A stretch of 62,329 bases of DNA, filler included, from Choristocarpus tenellus KU-1152 (taxonomy: Eukaryota > Protista > Phaeophyceae), in the NCBI GenBank assembly GCA_964200185.2. It is 9 parts of 9 records of this genome, joined end to end, with 100 filler letters (N's around TTAATTAATTAA, not from the genome) between each part and the next. Parts side by side here need not be neighbours in the genome. Positions count along the whole stretch, not along the records: positions 34,694 to 39,800 come from CAXNAD020011848.1; positions 39,901 to 52,428 come from CAXNAD020001809.1; 7 more parts are not named here. One strand, written 5' to 3'. A program made the translations under genes and the position numbers. The notes beneath the pieces were generated by a model. It did not search any database and was not told the origin of the DNA. It worked only from the letters and a program-made list of their open reading frames with translations. Shown one piece after another: positions 36,842-50,249 of the stretch. Numbering within the stretch: the first letter of the stretch is position 1; every line of letters begins with the position of its first letter.

Positions 36842-39739
36842 ATATCGAGGACAAAGGTCCATAACAAATTTATCTCCTACTACCAGTAGTTCAAGTGAAG
36901 TACAGTAGACCTCACATCACAGCAAATACCACCCAACCAACCCAGCAACAAACACACTCAAAAATACACATTCATGAAAGAAACACTACAGGCATGAAGC
37001 ACTCTAAAGGAGAATAATAAAGATGCACAGGGGGAGGTGAAAAAGATAATGGCAATGCATTTTGCCAAACATATTGAGGGTGATTTGTTTCATTTTATCG
37101 TGTCTGGTAGGACCCTGGCCTGTGATGCCTTCATTCGTTTACCATAGAATTACATATTGGCTACTATGAAGGTCAAATATTTTGCACTCACCCCACAGTA
37201 GCTATACATGAACGATAAACTAGGTCATTTTCTTTGCACGATCATGCATAGCTCAAACCTACTACCTAGGCACAGACACCCTCCTGTCCTTCCTCCTGGA
37301 GGTACTGGACCACTGTGCTTGCTAACCAGTGGATATTCTCCTCTTAATCCCTCAGTACTGCCCCTCCCCCCTACCCACGCACAGCTGGTGTAACCTGATA
37401 CCTGAACCATTCGCCACTCGCTTCTACTCATGGGTTGATCCCGGCCATGCGAAACTCCTAGGGGCACGTAATCTCCAGTTCCACTCCTTGACGGTGTTAC
37501 CTATTCCTTCGAATTTTCGACCTGCTGGTTTGTTCATGGCTATGCACTTATGCGGTTCTAGCTGACTCATTGCAACTGTGGTCGAATGCTAAGGTCAATG
37601 CTAGTGCGTTGCCCATGATCCCATGATCAAGTCCAGAGAATTCAATGTAATTTTGGATACTACTGTAACCACAGTTGACCTACCGCTGCAAGGACTCTTC
37701 CCTCCGTAGACTTGCAGTATTGTTTGACCGCCTTGGCAAGTTCGTTGAGACTGACTCTTTGGGGAGGTACTGGACATGGTCAACCAACGTCAACAATAAA
37801 CACCAAAGTGTCAACACCGATGACAAAACTTTGAAATATTAGATCCGAGTATACGATATTGTCAACACCAACGACATATGTATGAAATCTTTGGTCTAGG
37901 TATACTGTCTGGGAACAGTAGTATTGCATACCAACATTTTCTGAGAGTTACTGGTGTCGTCACATCAGTGTAGGGAATATTTTTTATCATGGTCAGAGGC
38001 AATACACGGTAGTGCACTGCTTCTTGTACTAACAACTAACTACTCCACTATTCTAGTTGTACTGCTTCTCTCTTTCTGAATTGCTTCTCGTGCGTTGCGT
38101 TCAGCACTTCCACTACTCGTTATTCAGTCTCCTCCCTCAAACCCTGTCCTGGACCTGTCTCAAAGCTTCCACCTTGATCGTAGTTCGTAGATTTTGTGTT
38201 ATAGTCAGAGACATAGACATGATAGTACGGAACACAAACATGAGAGTACGAACCATAGTAGAACTGGGTAGTCAAAACCAGATTTTTGTTAAAACAGCTT
38301 TAGGTTAATGGTTTTCGACCACACAAAATCCATCATCTTAGCCACTGAACCATTATGACCAACACTGTTATTATTATTCATCACATTTAGTCTGAGGTTT
38401 CCCAGACCCGACGACGAACATGTAGTCCAAAGAAGGCAGTACACACTGCTTGAGAACGAAGGTGTGTCAGGTGAAGGCTAACTTGACCCTTGACTGCCCA
38501 CTAACGAACCTTGACTTTATCTGATGTCCTTGACTGCTATATCGAGATACCGGAAATTGATTGATATCGGACTTGCCGATACTCCCTATTAGACACTAAT
38601 GACAATGTCAGAAAATGTTACTACTGTTGTGTTGCTCCAGAGTATCACCGCCTCGTGACTCTGAGGCATCATATAGGTTGCAGGTTTATGGTTGGTTCGT
38701 CGCCGGGTTGGGGAGATTGGATTGGTGAAGTGGGCGGCATCATATATGTACTAATTTATAGGGGTTTCCACATACATGAGAAGATGTTCCTACCAGTTGA
38801 AACCCAGTAAAATGCCCTTGTCTGCCTGCCGAAATGTCGAGAATCTCTACCATCAACACACCACCTGACATTTTGGGCTGAGAACGCAATAATGACTCTC
38901 CAAAAACAAAGAAAAGCAAGTAGTTAGTGAACGAAGGTGGGAAAAAGAAAGAAAAGGACCTGGAGGTGAAGAGCACTACCATTGAAAAAATGTGGGGAGA
39001 AGAAGAAGAGCAATGGATGCGAGAAGTTCAACCCCAAAAAAGAGAAAACGAAAACAAAAATAAATAGGTAGTGATGGTGGTGGTATATTTGTTACTTGGG
39101 TAAGACCTTAGGTGATGCTTAAGCGTAACCTATACTAGCAATTCACATCTTCCTTGGAATGACAACCTGCCATGAAGTCTGTTGTGTCAGCAGGCACACA
39201 TTCATGCCACTTCCATTGGCTAGTGGCCACGGAGTTCCTGCCCTCGATCGTAATCTCAAAAATTATCAAAGATCATCTTGGAGGCATATCAAGCAGCTCT
39301 TCTCCTGTTCGTCTTGCTTTTATTTCCTAGTTGCAACCTCCTCAAACATCAAAACCTCTGGAAGACTCTCATCCCCAATGGGGCAATATCCTTGTCATAC
39401 AACGATACAACAGACTTTCAAGCACCTCTCAGACTTGAGCAACCCGATCTTTTAAACTCAAGTGATACACCTGATGTTGTGTAGCACTCTGTATTTGCGA
39501 ACTGTTCAAACATAGGCTACTCACCTTTTGTGTACCTGATACGATACAACATTACCAGTTCATACTGACAGGTGGTTCGCATATCGGTACTTGTCATTAG
39601 TCACATTTTCATTATTGACATCTCATCATAGCATAATGAACTAGTGTTAGAACATCATGGAGTGTAGGAAGTATAGAACAGTCGACATCTGTCAAACATT
39701 ACAAGGATGGTATGTGCCATATGAATTGTCCCAAATATT

Positions 39740-39921
39740 GAGTCAAAGTATCTGGGGGGGGGGGGGGGTTTGTGAGGGGGCGCCTGTTTTGGTCAAACAA
39801 NNNNNNNNNNNNNNNNNNNNNNNNNNNNNNNNNNNNNNNNNNNNTTAATTAATTAANNNNNNNNNNNNNNNNNNNNNNNNNNNNNNNNNNNNNNNNNNNN
39901 CCCCCCCAGATACTTTGAGCC
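39740..39921. mobile_element. MITE family B ends around an assembly gap
   Basis: GAGTCAAAGTATCTG(G)n…[gap]…CCCCCCCAGATACTTTGAGCC. Confidence 0.7.
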
Positions 39922-40152
39922 TTCACAGCACATTCCACGTGTTTATTGTTTGATGCAGGATGTACCGTTGTGGTGCAGGTGTAGTACATCTTAGCTCTGG
40001 TCAAGACCATTCTCCTAATCCTAATCCTAATCCTAATCCAGTGGTGATGATGTCGGATGATGATCCAATGTGTTGGTATGACACAATGATGTCGGCATTG
40101 TGTTGCTCCTCGTTACGTTCTCTCTTCATCTTTTTTTCTTTCTTTTTTTCAG

Positions 40153-42287
40153 GGAGGATATGACTTCCTTTGAGCTTATCTTCAAGAGCTTCAACGATGG
40201 CATCAAGGCTGTCGTATCAAGTGACAAGGTGTGTACATACAGTCAGTCAATCCTTCCACCACTGATAATAGTGACCCCACTTTGATATAATAGTGATAGA
40301 AGATCTCCAATCGATTCCCGTTAGTCACCCAACACAACAGAGGAAGAAGGACTCAACACAACGCAGAAGACACCCCCCAATTCCCCCCACCCTCTCCTCC
40401 CTGCCATGCGCCGAATGTATGATAGCCAACCCACCTCAAAATATCTCTATGGGGGAAGGGGAGGGTTCTTTGAGATGCGTTGTTTCCATGTGTTCTTTGC
40501 AATTACGTCTTCTTTTTATATTCCTTGTGTATTTTTTGTCACTTACTCCATGGCATCATATCATATTGTTTGTGCAAGAGGAGTGGGTTGCAAGGTACCT
40601 ACCTCCCCCCCCCCCCCAAGACACGGTTTGCCCTTGTTGCCTCCTCTTCCCACACGCCTGTGATAAGATTTGAACTCCGTTGTATTTTGTTCCTGCACAT
40701 TCTCTGTACCTTTTTTTGACAAAGTGATCGTATTAGTAATGAGTGTTATTACTAATACTGCCTGTCCTGTGCCAAGTAAACTGTGTTGCAAAGATAATAA
40801 TAATGATAGTGTTTTGGAATTGTGAGTTTGTGTTATTGGTTGAAAGTGCCGTGTAGGCTATTCCATTGGCCTATTGATGTATTGATTTTTTTGTACCATG
40901 CCCCCTCCCCCGCCTTAAACACATCCTACCGTTTTTTGGCTAATCTTCTTGAAATGTCCCTCCTACAGGTTAAGTCCAAGCTAGAGGAGGCTGGGACACA
41001 GATCAGCAAGAACCTTCCCGAAGCATCAGCCCGCATTGGAGAGGGTACATCCGAGGCCATCAAGGCAGCTGCTGCCAATGAGGAAATTTCCAATCCTCTA
41101 AAGGAGGTCCTCGATGGCCTGCAAAAAGTAAGGCTTACTTGCAAGCATTGCTTATCCAATCGTTGGACTGCTGTGATCTTATTAATACAAATGTTTGGGG
41201 GGGGGGGGGGGCTAATAGGACCTTGGAAATATAATGTGAGGGTCCTATTGGAGTGCATTCTGTTGTTGCTACTTTATTTTGTTTTTGCATTGTAATGCAT
41301 TCAGTTATGTGTGTTTTTTTTGGGGGGGGGGCATGCTGGTAACTGAAATTAAATATTGTGATTACAAAATTCCCATTGTACCTTCAAGTAAAATCTATTA
41401 CCTAGCTCTTATTTTTCTGCTACCCTTATTATTTATTTATTTTTAATCGGTTTGTGTGTTACTGCAATGGTATGGCAGAACATGGCATTCGCGCATTGTT
41501 CTGGGTAGAGCTGGAGTGAATCATGAAGCCAATGCAATCTTGTTGTTGGGAAGTATACTGTGTCATTTTGCAGAAAGCATTGCAGTGTCACCACTTGATT
41601 CACAGGCTACACATGATACACCAACCAGACACCCCATACCATCTTATTCCAGTCACCTCATCAACCTCGTAGGTGATCCTGGCTACAAACCCATGTCGTA
41701 CTACTGGGTATTGTAATACTGCCAGAATCAGCATTCGTAGCTCCATGGCTGCTGTGGAGTGTGCTCTAGAGCAATCCTATATCTTGAACAGACTCATTTG
41801 ACAATGAGTCTAATTTTTACCCCCTTACTCTGCTCGCCCTGCGTGCACTCTCCCTTTGCCTCCCCCACTCCTAATTCATTAGCTTAACTTACAAGTCTAC
41901 CCCCCTCTACCCCTTTGCTTCCCTTTCAATCTGTGGAATGCGAACAAACAGCTTATTGTGGCCATTGCCGCATTAGGTAGTAAGTCCTTGAGCACAATAG
42001 TCAGAGACTCACGCTTCCAGCTTCCTGGTCCCAAAGCAGTTCCAGCAGTACCCAAGGTCAAGGTGGTGGAGGTAGAAACAGAGGAAGTTGCGACAAGTGG
42101 GGGGGAAGAGGTGACTGAGACTGCTGCAACCACGGTGGCGGAAGAGATCAAGTCAGAGGTAGCTGTGGACAAGAGCGAGGCAGGGGGGGGAGAGGAAGTA
42201 GTGGGGGTGGGGGGGGCGTCTCTGAAGCAGACAACGAAGAAAGATGGGCCCAAGAAGTGGACTCCAAGGTCCATATATAAGAAATAG
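40153..42287 (+). CDS. Last three exons of an uncharacterised protein (helical region plus acidic/low-complexity tail)
   Basis: Exons 40153-40228, 40969-41127 and 41952-42287 with clear acceptors/donors, phase-compatible and stop-free: EDMTSFELIFKSFNDGIKAVVSSDK|VKSKLEEAG…LDGLQK|LIVAIAALGSKS…PRSIYKK*. Linkage to the C2 gene cannot be shown (two gaps intervene). Confidence 0.75.
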
Positions 42288-43866
42288 TGTCTATCCCCAG
42301 CTGGTACCTCTATTGATAGTAGTCTGCTGCAGTAAGAAGAGTGCACAGTAATTGTTGCCCATGAGACAGTCCAGAGGATACTGGATGAGTGTACTGGAGG
42401 CTGTTACATCATCTTATCCTACCCAAAACCTCCAGTGTATCCTCCAGTGGGTTGCGTGGTTGATTTGATTGTCCCGCTGGGGTGAAGGCAGGTGGGGTAG
42501 TCTCAAAATGCGCACAAGGGTGATGAGTATCTCTTGTCTCCAGTGCAATGCTGCAACTGGTTTGCGCACTTATGTTTCCCCCTCAACCCCTTACCAAACC
42601 CGCACCAAACTCTGTTTAGGCCGTTTAGCTCATGTGTTAACGATCTACTGTTGCTATGATCATGGCTGCATTGTGCTCCACATGTGTCTGGAGAGATGGG
42701 GTGATGATGGGGATTGGGTAGGGTGGTCTTTTCTTTGTATCAAATACATCCATGCCCTTTGGCATTGGAGACTAGAGCAGATAGGCGCTTAGGAGGCGAA
42801 GATGTTGCTGTCAATGAGTTTGTGGGAGGGGAATGCATGGACTTTCTCCCTCTGGTGCGTATGTTTTGCATAGCCTGGTGGATAATAGTTGAGTGTTTGA
42901 TGGATGGTACTGAGGAAAAGAGGGAAAAGCGTGTAGAAGTGGCATGTGGTGAGGAAGGCCTCTGTGACGTCGTGTCAGTCAGTACCATAATAGTAATTGT
43001 AGGGGCTGCCCCTACAGATAGCCCATGATGGAACCTGCCCTGGATGAGTTTTGAGAGGAATATCACTATGTGCATGCAGGTGGCATATTTTCATAGCTCC
43101 TGCTGTGGGGAGAATGATAAATTGGAACCTAGTAGATCTTAGGTGTCCTTTGATATTTTTGATTTTGTTGTGTGTGTGTTTAGTTGGTCAAAGGCAGCCG
43201 TTCGCTGGAGCATCCATGTGTTGTGTACGAGTATGTTTCACAAGACGTTTACAATGGGACGCTGTGTTTCACCCAAAGTGCGCTCCACCAAGTTGACTGC
43301 CTGAAGGGGGGCACATAATAATGAATAATGCATGTTATGGAACTGTGAGAGAGAAGCAAAGGGGTGAGAGAGTGAAATTGATGACAAAATTATCAATTGT
43401 AGTAGACCTTGTTGTAGTGGTGTTGGGACTTGACGTTGTGGTAATTTATGCTTCTTTTTTCTGGTTAGCTTGCACCAGAAGAAGGATGGAAGGTTTTACA
43501 CCATCTAGAATGTAGAATAGTTGCCAAGTTCTTGTTGGGTATATCTGTCAATGGATGACCACCGAACTGAACCAATCGAGAGATAGGCAGGTTTGAACCA
43601 TATCGACACTTTCTCCCAGTCAATTTTGGGTCAAGCCCATCCTCAATTTTTGAAATCCCCTGTTCAGGGCCCTGTCTGGCAGCATAGTAGGAACAGATAG
43701 AAGCAACATTATGGGTCAACCACTCCCACAATAAATAGTGTCTAACTAAAGGTGAAAGTGAAGGAGAGCAGGTCTGACGATAGCATAAATAGATATCCAC
43801 CGGTACTTGTCCAGGATTAGCAAAATAACTATTTCTGGAGTGGAGCGAACTTTTTTCATTTCTCAG

Positions 43867-43982
43867 GGACGGTCTTTACTGCGGACCCGAACGAAGGTGT
43901 CCAGTCGCGCAAGGTCGGTCATTTTGGGACGACATGGAGCACGAAATTGGTTATGAGGACACCCAAATGAGAGGAAGTGTTG
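43867..43982 (+). CDS. Candidate isolated exon of an unknown gene
   Basis: Strong acceptor (ttttttcatttctcag) and donor (TTG|gtaagt); one open frame (DGLYCGPERRCPVAQGRSFWDDMEHEIGYEDTQMRGSV). Confidence 0.35.
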
Positions 43983-44899
43983 GTAAGTTGCTTGATATAT
44001 TTATATCATCAAAGAATTGTTATGACAACTTGTGATGTTACTATTATTATTTGTACTATGTGATACTTAGTTTTTTTCATTAATCTGGAGTCCTTGAATC
44101 GTTATCTAAAAGGTAAGTTGGAACACAACCTACTTGAGATACACAACCAGGAGAAAGAAAAAAGTCGGTGAGAAAAGAAAAATAAAAGGGAAAAGGAAGA
44201 AATAATTCTATGTGTCTACCAAAGGGTAACAAGGAGAACCTAGCTCAGTGTAATAACGGTATCACCCAAGGCAAAAAAAGTTGAGTCTTGCGTCAGGTTC
44301 GACTATTATTCCAAAAAGCATCACTCCTCACAACTTATATAAAGGAAACAAACGGAAAGGGAAAGATAGGAATGCTAGAATAATCAATCGAAAAAAAGGA
44401 GAAAATAATGAGATGGGAGAATTTAGCAGACAGAGGTTGTGATGGTTGCTTGGGGATGGTGTACATCAACAATCACAGTTCCCTTGGAATGCCGCTCTGC
44501 CATGAAGCTCATTGTGCCGCCAGCCACGCAATCGTACCACCTGTGTCTGTTCGGTTAATTATCCTTTTACTCCATCTGAAAGAAGATCGTGATCCCAAAC
44601 TTCTAGAGGTTTTCCTGCACGCATATCCATCCTTAACCTTTTCTGGTTTCCATGTTACTTCCGTTTTCTACAGGCAGGCTCCCCAGACACCAGCAAATTT
44701 AGGAGTTGCTCATCCCGATGCAACTTCTCCTTTGAATAAGTGTCTCGATTTTCGCAAGGTCGCCTTGATTCTACAGAACGATCCACAGTTTACCTTCACG
44801 GGATATGTGGCTCCAATCCACAAACCTGTACATCAATGATGAAGCTCGCAGATGGCGCGTGTGATGTATCCAAAGCCTGGTAACCAATGAAAATGGTGG

Positions 44900-45023
44900 T
44901 TCTCAAGTTAGCACGTAAAGGTGTATCTATTCTCAAGGTAAGTGTAAGACGAAGTATCAGGACTGTCAAAGTGGTGTCATCTGCAGTCACAACCTGAAAG
45001 GGTGGAGTTTTCAGGCACCGCAT
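44900..45023 (-). mobile_element. LTR-retrotransposon aspartic-protease-like fragment
   Basis: PFQVVTADDTTLTVL…LTLTLRI resembles the Gypsy protease flap region (V.tA.g..l.v.G…l.l.i). Confidence 0.35.
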
Positions 45024-46029
45024 TACAACTAAAAACTATTACTTTATTCTCAATATACAGATTTTACACTGCAACTATAGCGAATCAAACATTCCCTTTT
45101 GGGTTGTCCACGCGCATACTTACAGCTCACACTGGTTAGAGCGTGAGAAGCAATGTGTACGCCAATTGCCTTTGACATTGAAACTACACACCCAAAGTCT
45201 TGATAAGGGCATCTTTTTGGTAGGGCAGGGTGTGATCAGTGCGTTTCCGTTTGAAAAATCCGATGCAGCCTATTACGAGAGACTTGTGGTGATGGGAGCG
45301 AAGATCATATAATGGACCTGACAGAGCAAGTGGATAGCCATGGCAGAAAGAGTAGCTGTAAACTATCACTATTTTGCATGACACCAAGTCGAATGAATTA
45401 TTCGAAAAAGTGCACGAATATAGACCGAGTTTGCAGAAATAAAAAAAACTCACCAAGTATGAAGTAGAAAAGGATGAAATATAACATCACAGATAGGGAA
45501 TAGGGAATGGGGGCAGTGTGACGATAGATATGGATAGATATCCACCGGTTTACGTCTGTCTAGCGATAGCTACTTGTAAGGATATATATTAGCGGTGAGA
45601 TTGAGAGCTGTTTGAGATACTCGATACGCTTTTTATGAAGATTTTAGGCACCCCCAAACAAAATTGTTTCAGGCGAATAGCGCGAGCATTTCTTCCCATG
45701 TTTTAGCAAACACGAATATTTGTGACAGACGAATAGTGCGAGGATTGTTTCTCAAGTACTAACAAGTGCGAACAATATACGATATTAGTATCACATAGGT
45801 AGCCTTACGGAATGAATGCTGATTTCATAGAAGATACAGAGTAAGATTCGTAATGCATACGTCACATTACAGAAGAAAATGTCAAAGTTCCTAAGAAGTT
45901 GTAAAATAAAGGTTTATGATTAGAGTACGTATAGAGCAGTTGCATAGAAGACCAAAGAAATTGGGTGGATGATGAAGATAATAGGAGAGGTTTTAGTAAA
46001 AACACTTAAACCCCTCTTTGACAATCTTA

Positions 46030-47190
46030 TTATCTTGGACGAAACTTTGGGTCGAGCTTTGAGCTAACCACTGAGTGGAATATCAAGAGAGAAGGTTATC
46101 TGACACCCTATAAACTGTTACCAAGGGCAACGCCCCCATAGTGTCGTTTTAAGGTCCATGGATTTGAGTTACACATCCTGTGGAGGTGAGTTCAGGGGCA
46201 CACTGTAACAAAATCGCTATAGGTAGTTGAGTAGGTTACTATTCTCCACCTTAGTCCAGGAACTATCCTCGCCCATGGTCAAAGCCACTACACGCCACAC
46301 TACTTCTCATACTCCCTACTTGTACTACTACAACATATGTATGTTTCTTGCACATTGTGTTCAGCCATCCAATTGCTCGTCCCTCGGGCTCTTCCTTTCA
46401 AATACTTTGCTGAACCCACCTTCATGTTGCCACCTTCATGTTGCCACCTCAACCGTGGTCTGTCATTTTTGTGGTATAACGACAGATATCTGGTAGGTCG
46501 GTACAGGTAGGTGTACTGTCCTTAGTGCTTCTCGAGGTGGAATTTCAATAGTCAACACAATTTTCCATTGAAAAGAAGTCTGGTGTCGATGGGGTTCGAA
46601 CTCGTAATATTTATACAAGGAACATATTTAAGACTGGGTCACCACAACATTCAAATTAATATAAAACAAAATAGAGCCACTTGGCGAACCATTCTACAGG
46701 TTCCTTATAATATGTTCGTAGGTTCGTAACCCTTCGACGCTACACACTTTTCATGGAGAGGGGCGACGTGATTGTTGTTCCTCGACAACAATTTTGTGGG
46801 GTTGGAACCCCTTTGACGCGAAACACTTTCTCATCAAGATTGGTAGCAAGATATCTTTCCCTATATGAATATCAAATATGGGGTTCTGAGGACTTTGCGA
46901 TAGGATGGATCATGGCAAAGCGAAGCCCACCCTCAGATTCTATCGACAATGAGTGTTGTATTGGAAAGATCAAAACCCTCGAGTTCCAAAGATATGATAT
47001 TTGTCTCCAAAGGAGTCCTAGCATATGTACAGTGGCACCTGGAAGCTAAGGGTTCGGTATTAGGATTGATCGACAGGGTACTACATAATCTCAACCTGAT
47101 CACATCTAAGGTACCAACTTATTCTTCCATGTTGAAGCTGGGAATTGTGAGCGATGCTCCACAGTCTCAGATCCAAACAGATCAAAGTCA
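46030..47190 (-). mobile_element. Decayed Ty1/Copia pol remnant (protease-integrase)
   Basis: In Copia order on the minus strand: WI*DCGAS (~47152-47178; WILDSGAS), LETNIISLELEG (NLISL), SNWMAEHNVQ (~46350-46380; NG.AER) and SKLDPK (~46045-46065). Confidence 0.6.
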
Positions 47191-47233
47191 TTCACGAGAT
47201 ACAGGTGATCCCACAGACGGCTATCATTATTGA

Positions 47234-48030
47234 AGTCACGATTAGTATCTTCTTGGGTATGGAACAGGTAAGATGGTCAAAAACACTTCAGGATTCATCC
47301 AAACAATGTGCACTCGTACATTTGATTGATACTTCAAAAGATGGCTGCGCTAAGGTCACCATTACTATGTTATGGATATTGGGCAGTTCTTGGGCGGGTG
47401 AAATGGTTAAGTAATAATTTTGGATCCATCCAAGCTAAGTGAAACTCATATTCCTGATCAACATTTCAAAGTGTTGCAGCTCAAGTCGCCATTATAATCT
47501 TCCGGAGAGAATTGAATCGGTAAGACAGCAGTTTGGATCCATCCAAGCCATCTGTAACTGATATATATTATAAAAAAATTAAAAAGGCTGCCGCTCAAGT
47601 CACCATTAGTATCTTAAGGATATGTGGCAGGTAAAAAAGTAAAACAAAAGTTTGGATCCATCCAAGGTGCGTAACTGACATTTCTGATCAAAACTTCAAA
47701 ATGTTTCCGCCAAGTGACCACTGCTATCCTGCGAATATGGGGTATTTATTGAACGGGCAAAACGATCGAACAACAGTTTGGATCCATCCAAGCAATGTTT
47801 AAATGATATTTCCTCCTAAATATTTACGATCAATACTTCAAATTGTTGCTTCTCAAGTCTCCAGTAGTATCTTATGGATATGGGGTAGGGAAAACCTTCA
47901 AACAATACTTTTGAGTCCTTCAATGCGATTTATAACTCAAAATTGTGATGATACTTCAAACCGTTGCCGCTTGAGTCACCATTAGAATCTTATGGATAAG
48001 AGGAAGCTGAATGGGTCCTACAATAGTTTG
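47234..48030. repeat. Degenerate tandem array, ~6.5 units of ~114-143 bp
   Basis: Recurring blocks GTCACCATTAGTATCTTATGGATA…AGTTTGGATCCATCCAAG…TGATCAA.ACTTCAAA.TGTTGCCGCTCAA; units start at ~47235, 47356, 47485, 47599, 47714, 47857 and 47975. Confidence 0.9.
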
Positions 48031-50249
48031 GGGTCGAGGGGTTCCGAGGACTTTGGGAAATACTGGATAAATGTGGCACAAGCGCTTCGAAAGAGCATGA
48101 GCAAGGGGTTGAATGTGTGAATGGGGAAGATGACAGAGACCTAGTTGTTAGCCTTGAGCGAAGCTACCAAATGTGCCCGGATAAAGAGAGCGACTTGAGA
48201 GAGGGCAGCCTCATTTCTCCCTTTGGGACTAAGTATCATATCCACTGAGTATTAGAGATTGAGGAGTATGCAGAAGAGAATGATGAAGAGCAGGAGTAGG
48301 ATGTGGAAGAAGAGAGAAGTGGATGGAAATGTGGCGGCCTGTTGTCTAGAGATACTAATAAATAATGTTATGACCCTGTGTGAAAACAAAAAAAAATGAT
48401 GATTCGATTCTTCAGTGACCCAAATATCAACTGTACAACAAGTCGTGTAAGGCCAGCCCACACACAGTGACATGCAGGGGTATGCATGTTATTTTGTGCT
48501 TGCCACGAGGAGAACGCATCAAGAATCTGTGCTCTCTTTGCTTTTCATGTGTTGTACGTTAAGTACTTCAAGTTATTTCGAGTCTATCCCGACAATATAT
48601 CGTTTATTCCTGGAGACCTTAGTCACTCCAAATAGGATCACGTATACCCACAAATATGCTCCTTGGCAGTATATGCTTCGTCATGCAAACTAGTTCCATC
48701 AGTATTACTGTATTGGACTAGTTAGTAGGAATATGTCCAAAATTTTCGCAATTCTTGGTTTAAATCGGACAGAAAAGGAGTGAAAGTTGAGGGCAAGGGG
48801 TGTCTGGTGGTATTTAAAAATTAGAATTCTGTACGTACCACATGGTATGAAACTATTACAGGTGCTTTGATATTATCGGAATTGGGTAGAAGTTACACAT
48901 AACTGGGAATAACAGCGATATTTTAAGGTTTTACATGAGGAAGAATATACCATCAGTTTGGGGGCAATGTTGGGACGGAATTACAATCTGTTTTTGGTTA
49001 CAAAAAGACGTGTACTACCCTTTAAAGATAGAAAGGCAATTCAGCATTGGAACCGCATTCATGCTACGTTACATGGTACACTCTCGACGTATGTATGCCA
49101 ACAGTGCAGAATATAATTGGGCTTAACTTTTGGCACACTTACATTTGGCACATAGTACATCATTTAATGCTACTGTACATGAGACACCGAATTTTTGCTG
49201 TTCAGCAAATGTCCAACTCTTACAGTTTATGTCGTTTTTGGCCTTTCCAAGGCCATGTTCTACCCTGAATTGCACACCATTCTAGTCAACATATAGCCGA
49301 AAATTGCAGCTTGAATTCGTGCCGATTCGGCGTAATTTAGGTTTGTGTGCAGCATACACCGTTTTATTAGAACATAGATAACATACTTCAGACGACGTAG
49401 TCCATTTTCGGTCACTTCCCAACTATCACGTGTGTGGTCCATCGTGTGCGCAAATCGGGCGAGAACAAGGAAATATTAGTCCACTTAGCACGGATGAAAT
49501 CGTATATTCCTGCAGACGTCCCCCACCTGATTTTGATCTGCTCTGTAATTTTGTTGGGGTCGTAAAGTATCAAACCTAATTTTGAAAGTGTGACCAACTC
49601 GGTCACTCTTGGGGAATTTATCGTTGAGAAAATAGTTGATCACAAATTTGGATATGGTCATTGTTCTCCACAAAAGTTCAGTACCGTTTACATTTTCGGG
49701 GTTACATTCGGGTTTGGATGCTTGACCCTGTTGTAAGGGTATTCCTCAATGTCCAGCCTTGATGCATTCATATCGACAGCAGTTATTCCTTGATCCTCCT
49801 GGTTCTGTTGATGCTCAGTGATCAGAGCCAACAGTTGTAGCTCCATCCTCTTATTAGCCCGTCATCCAGCCGTCATATAACACTCCTGTTGCTGGCTACT
49901 ACCTTTGGGCATAAAGGGTCCTCCTTCGGGGGCTGTCCAATTTTCCGAAGGGGTTGTTCATTCAACATATACTATTCAGGCACAATTTAGAGTTTGTTAC
50001 GTGGTTGCAACCCCTATCTCTCACTGGTATCCGTATCTCTGGAGTAGAAACTTCATCTCCATTATAGATCAAGATGTATTATGTCACATGTTGCGTGGAA
50101 TACAGGATATCAGTAACGTGTTTTCTCGTTGGGCTTGCATTTAAAGCTTATAGCTTCACTGTCAAACACAAGCTGGTAAGCTAAATGTTGTTAAACCTGA
50201 CACTATATATCGTATTTTCACAATCGAGGAGGAACCGGAGAAATCCGTT

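Noticed and set aside
37200-37760. Possible Copia integrase fragment
   Set aside because: Single weak motif (GVELEITCP); insufficient support.
47234-48030. CRISPR-like repeat/spacer array
   Set aside because: The variable segments are related to each other, repeats are long and degenerate, there are no cas genes and the context is a eukaryotic retroelement.
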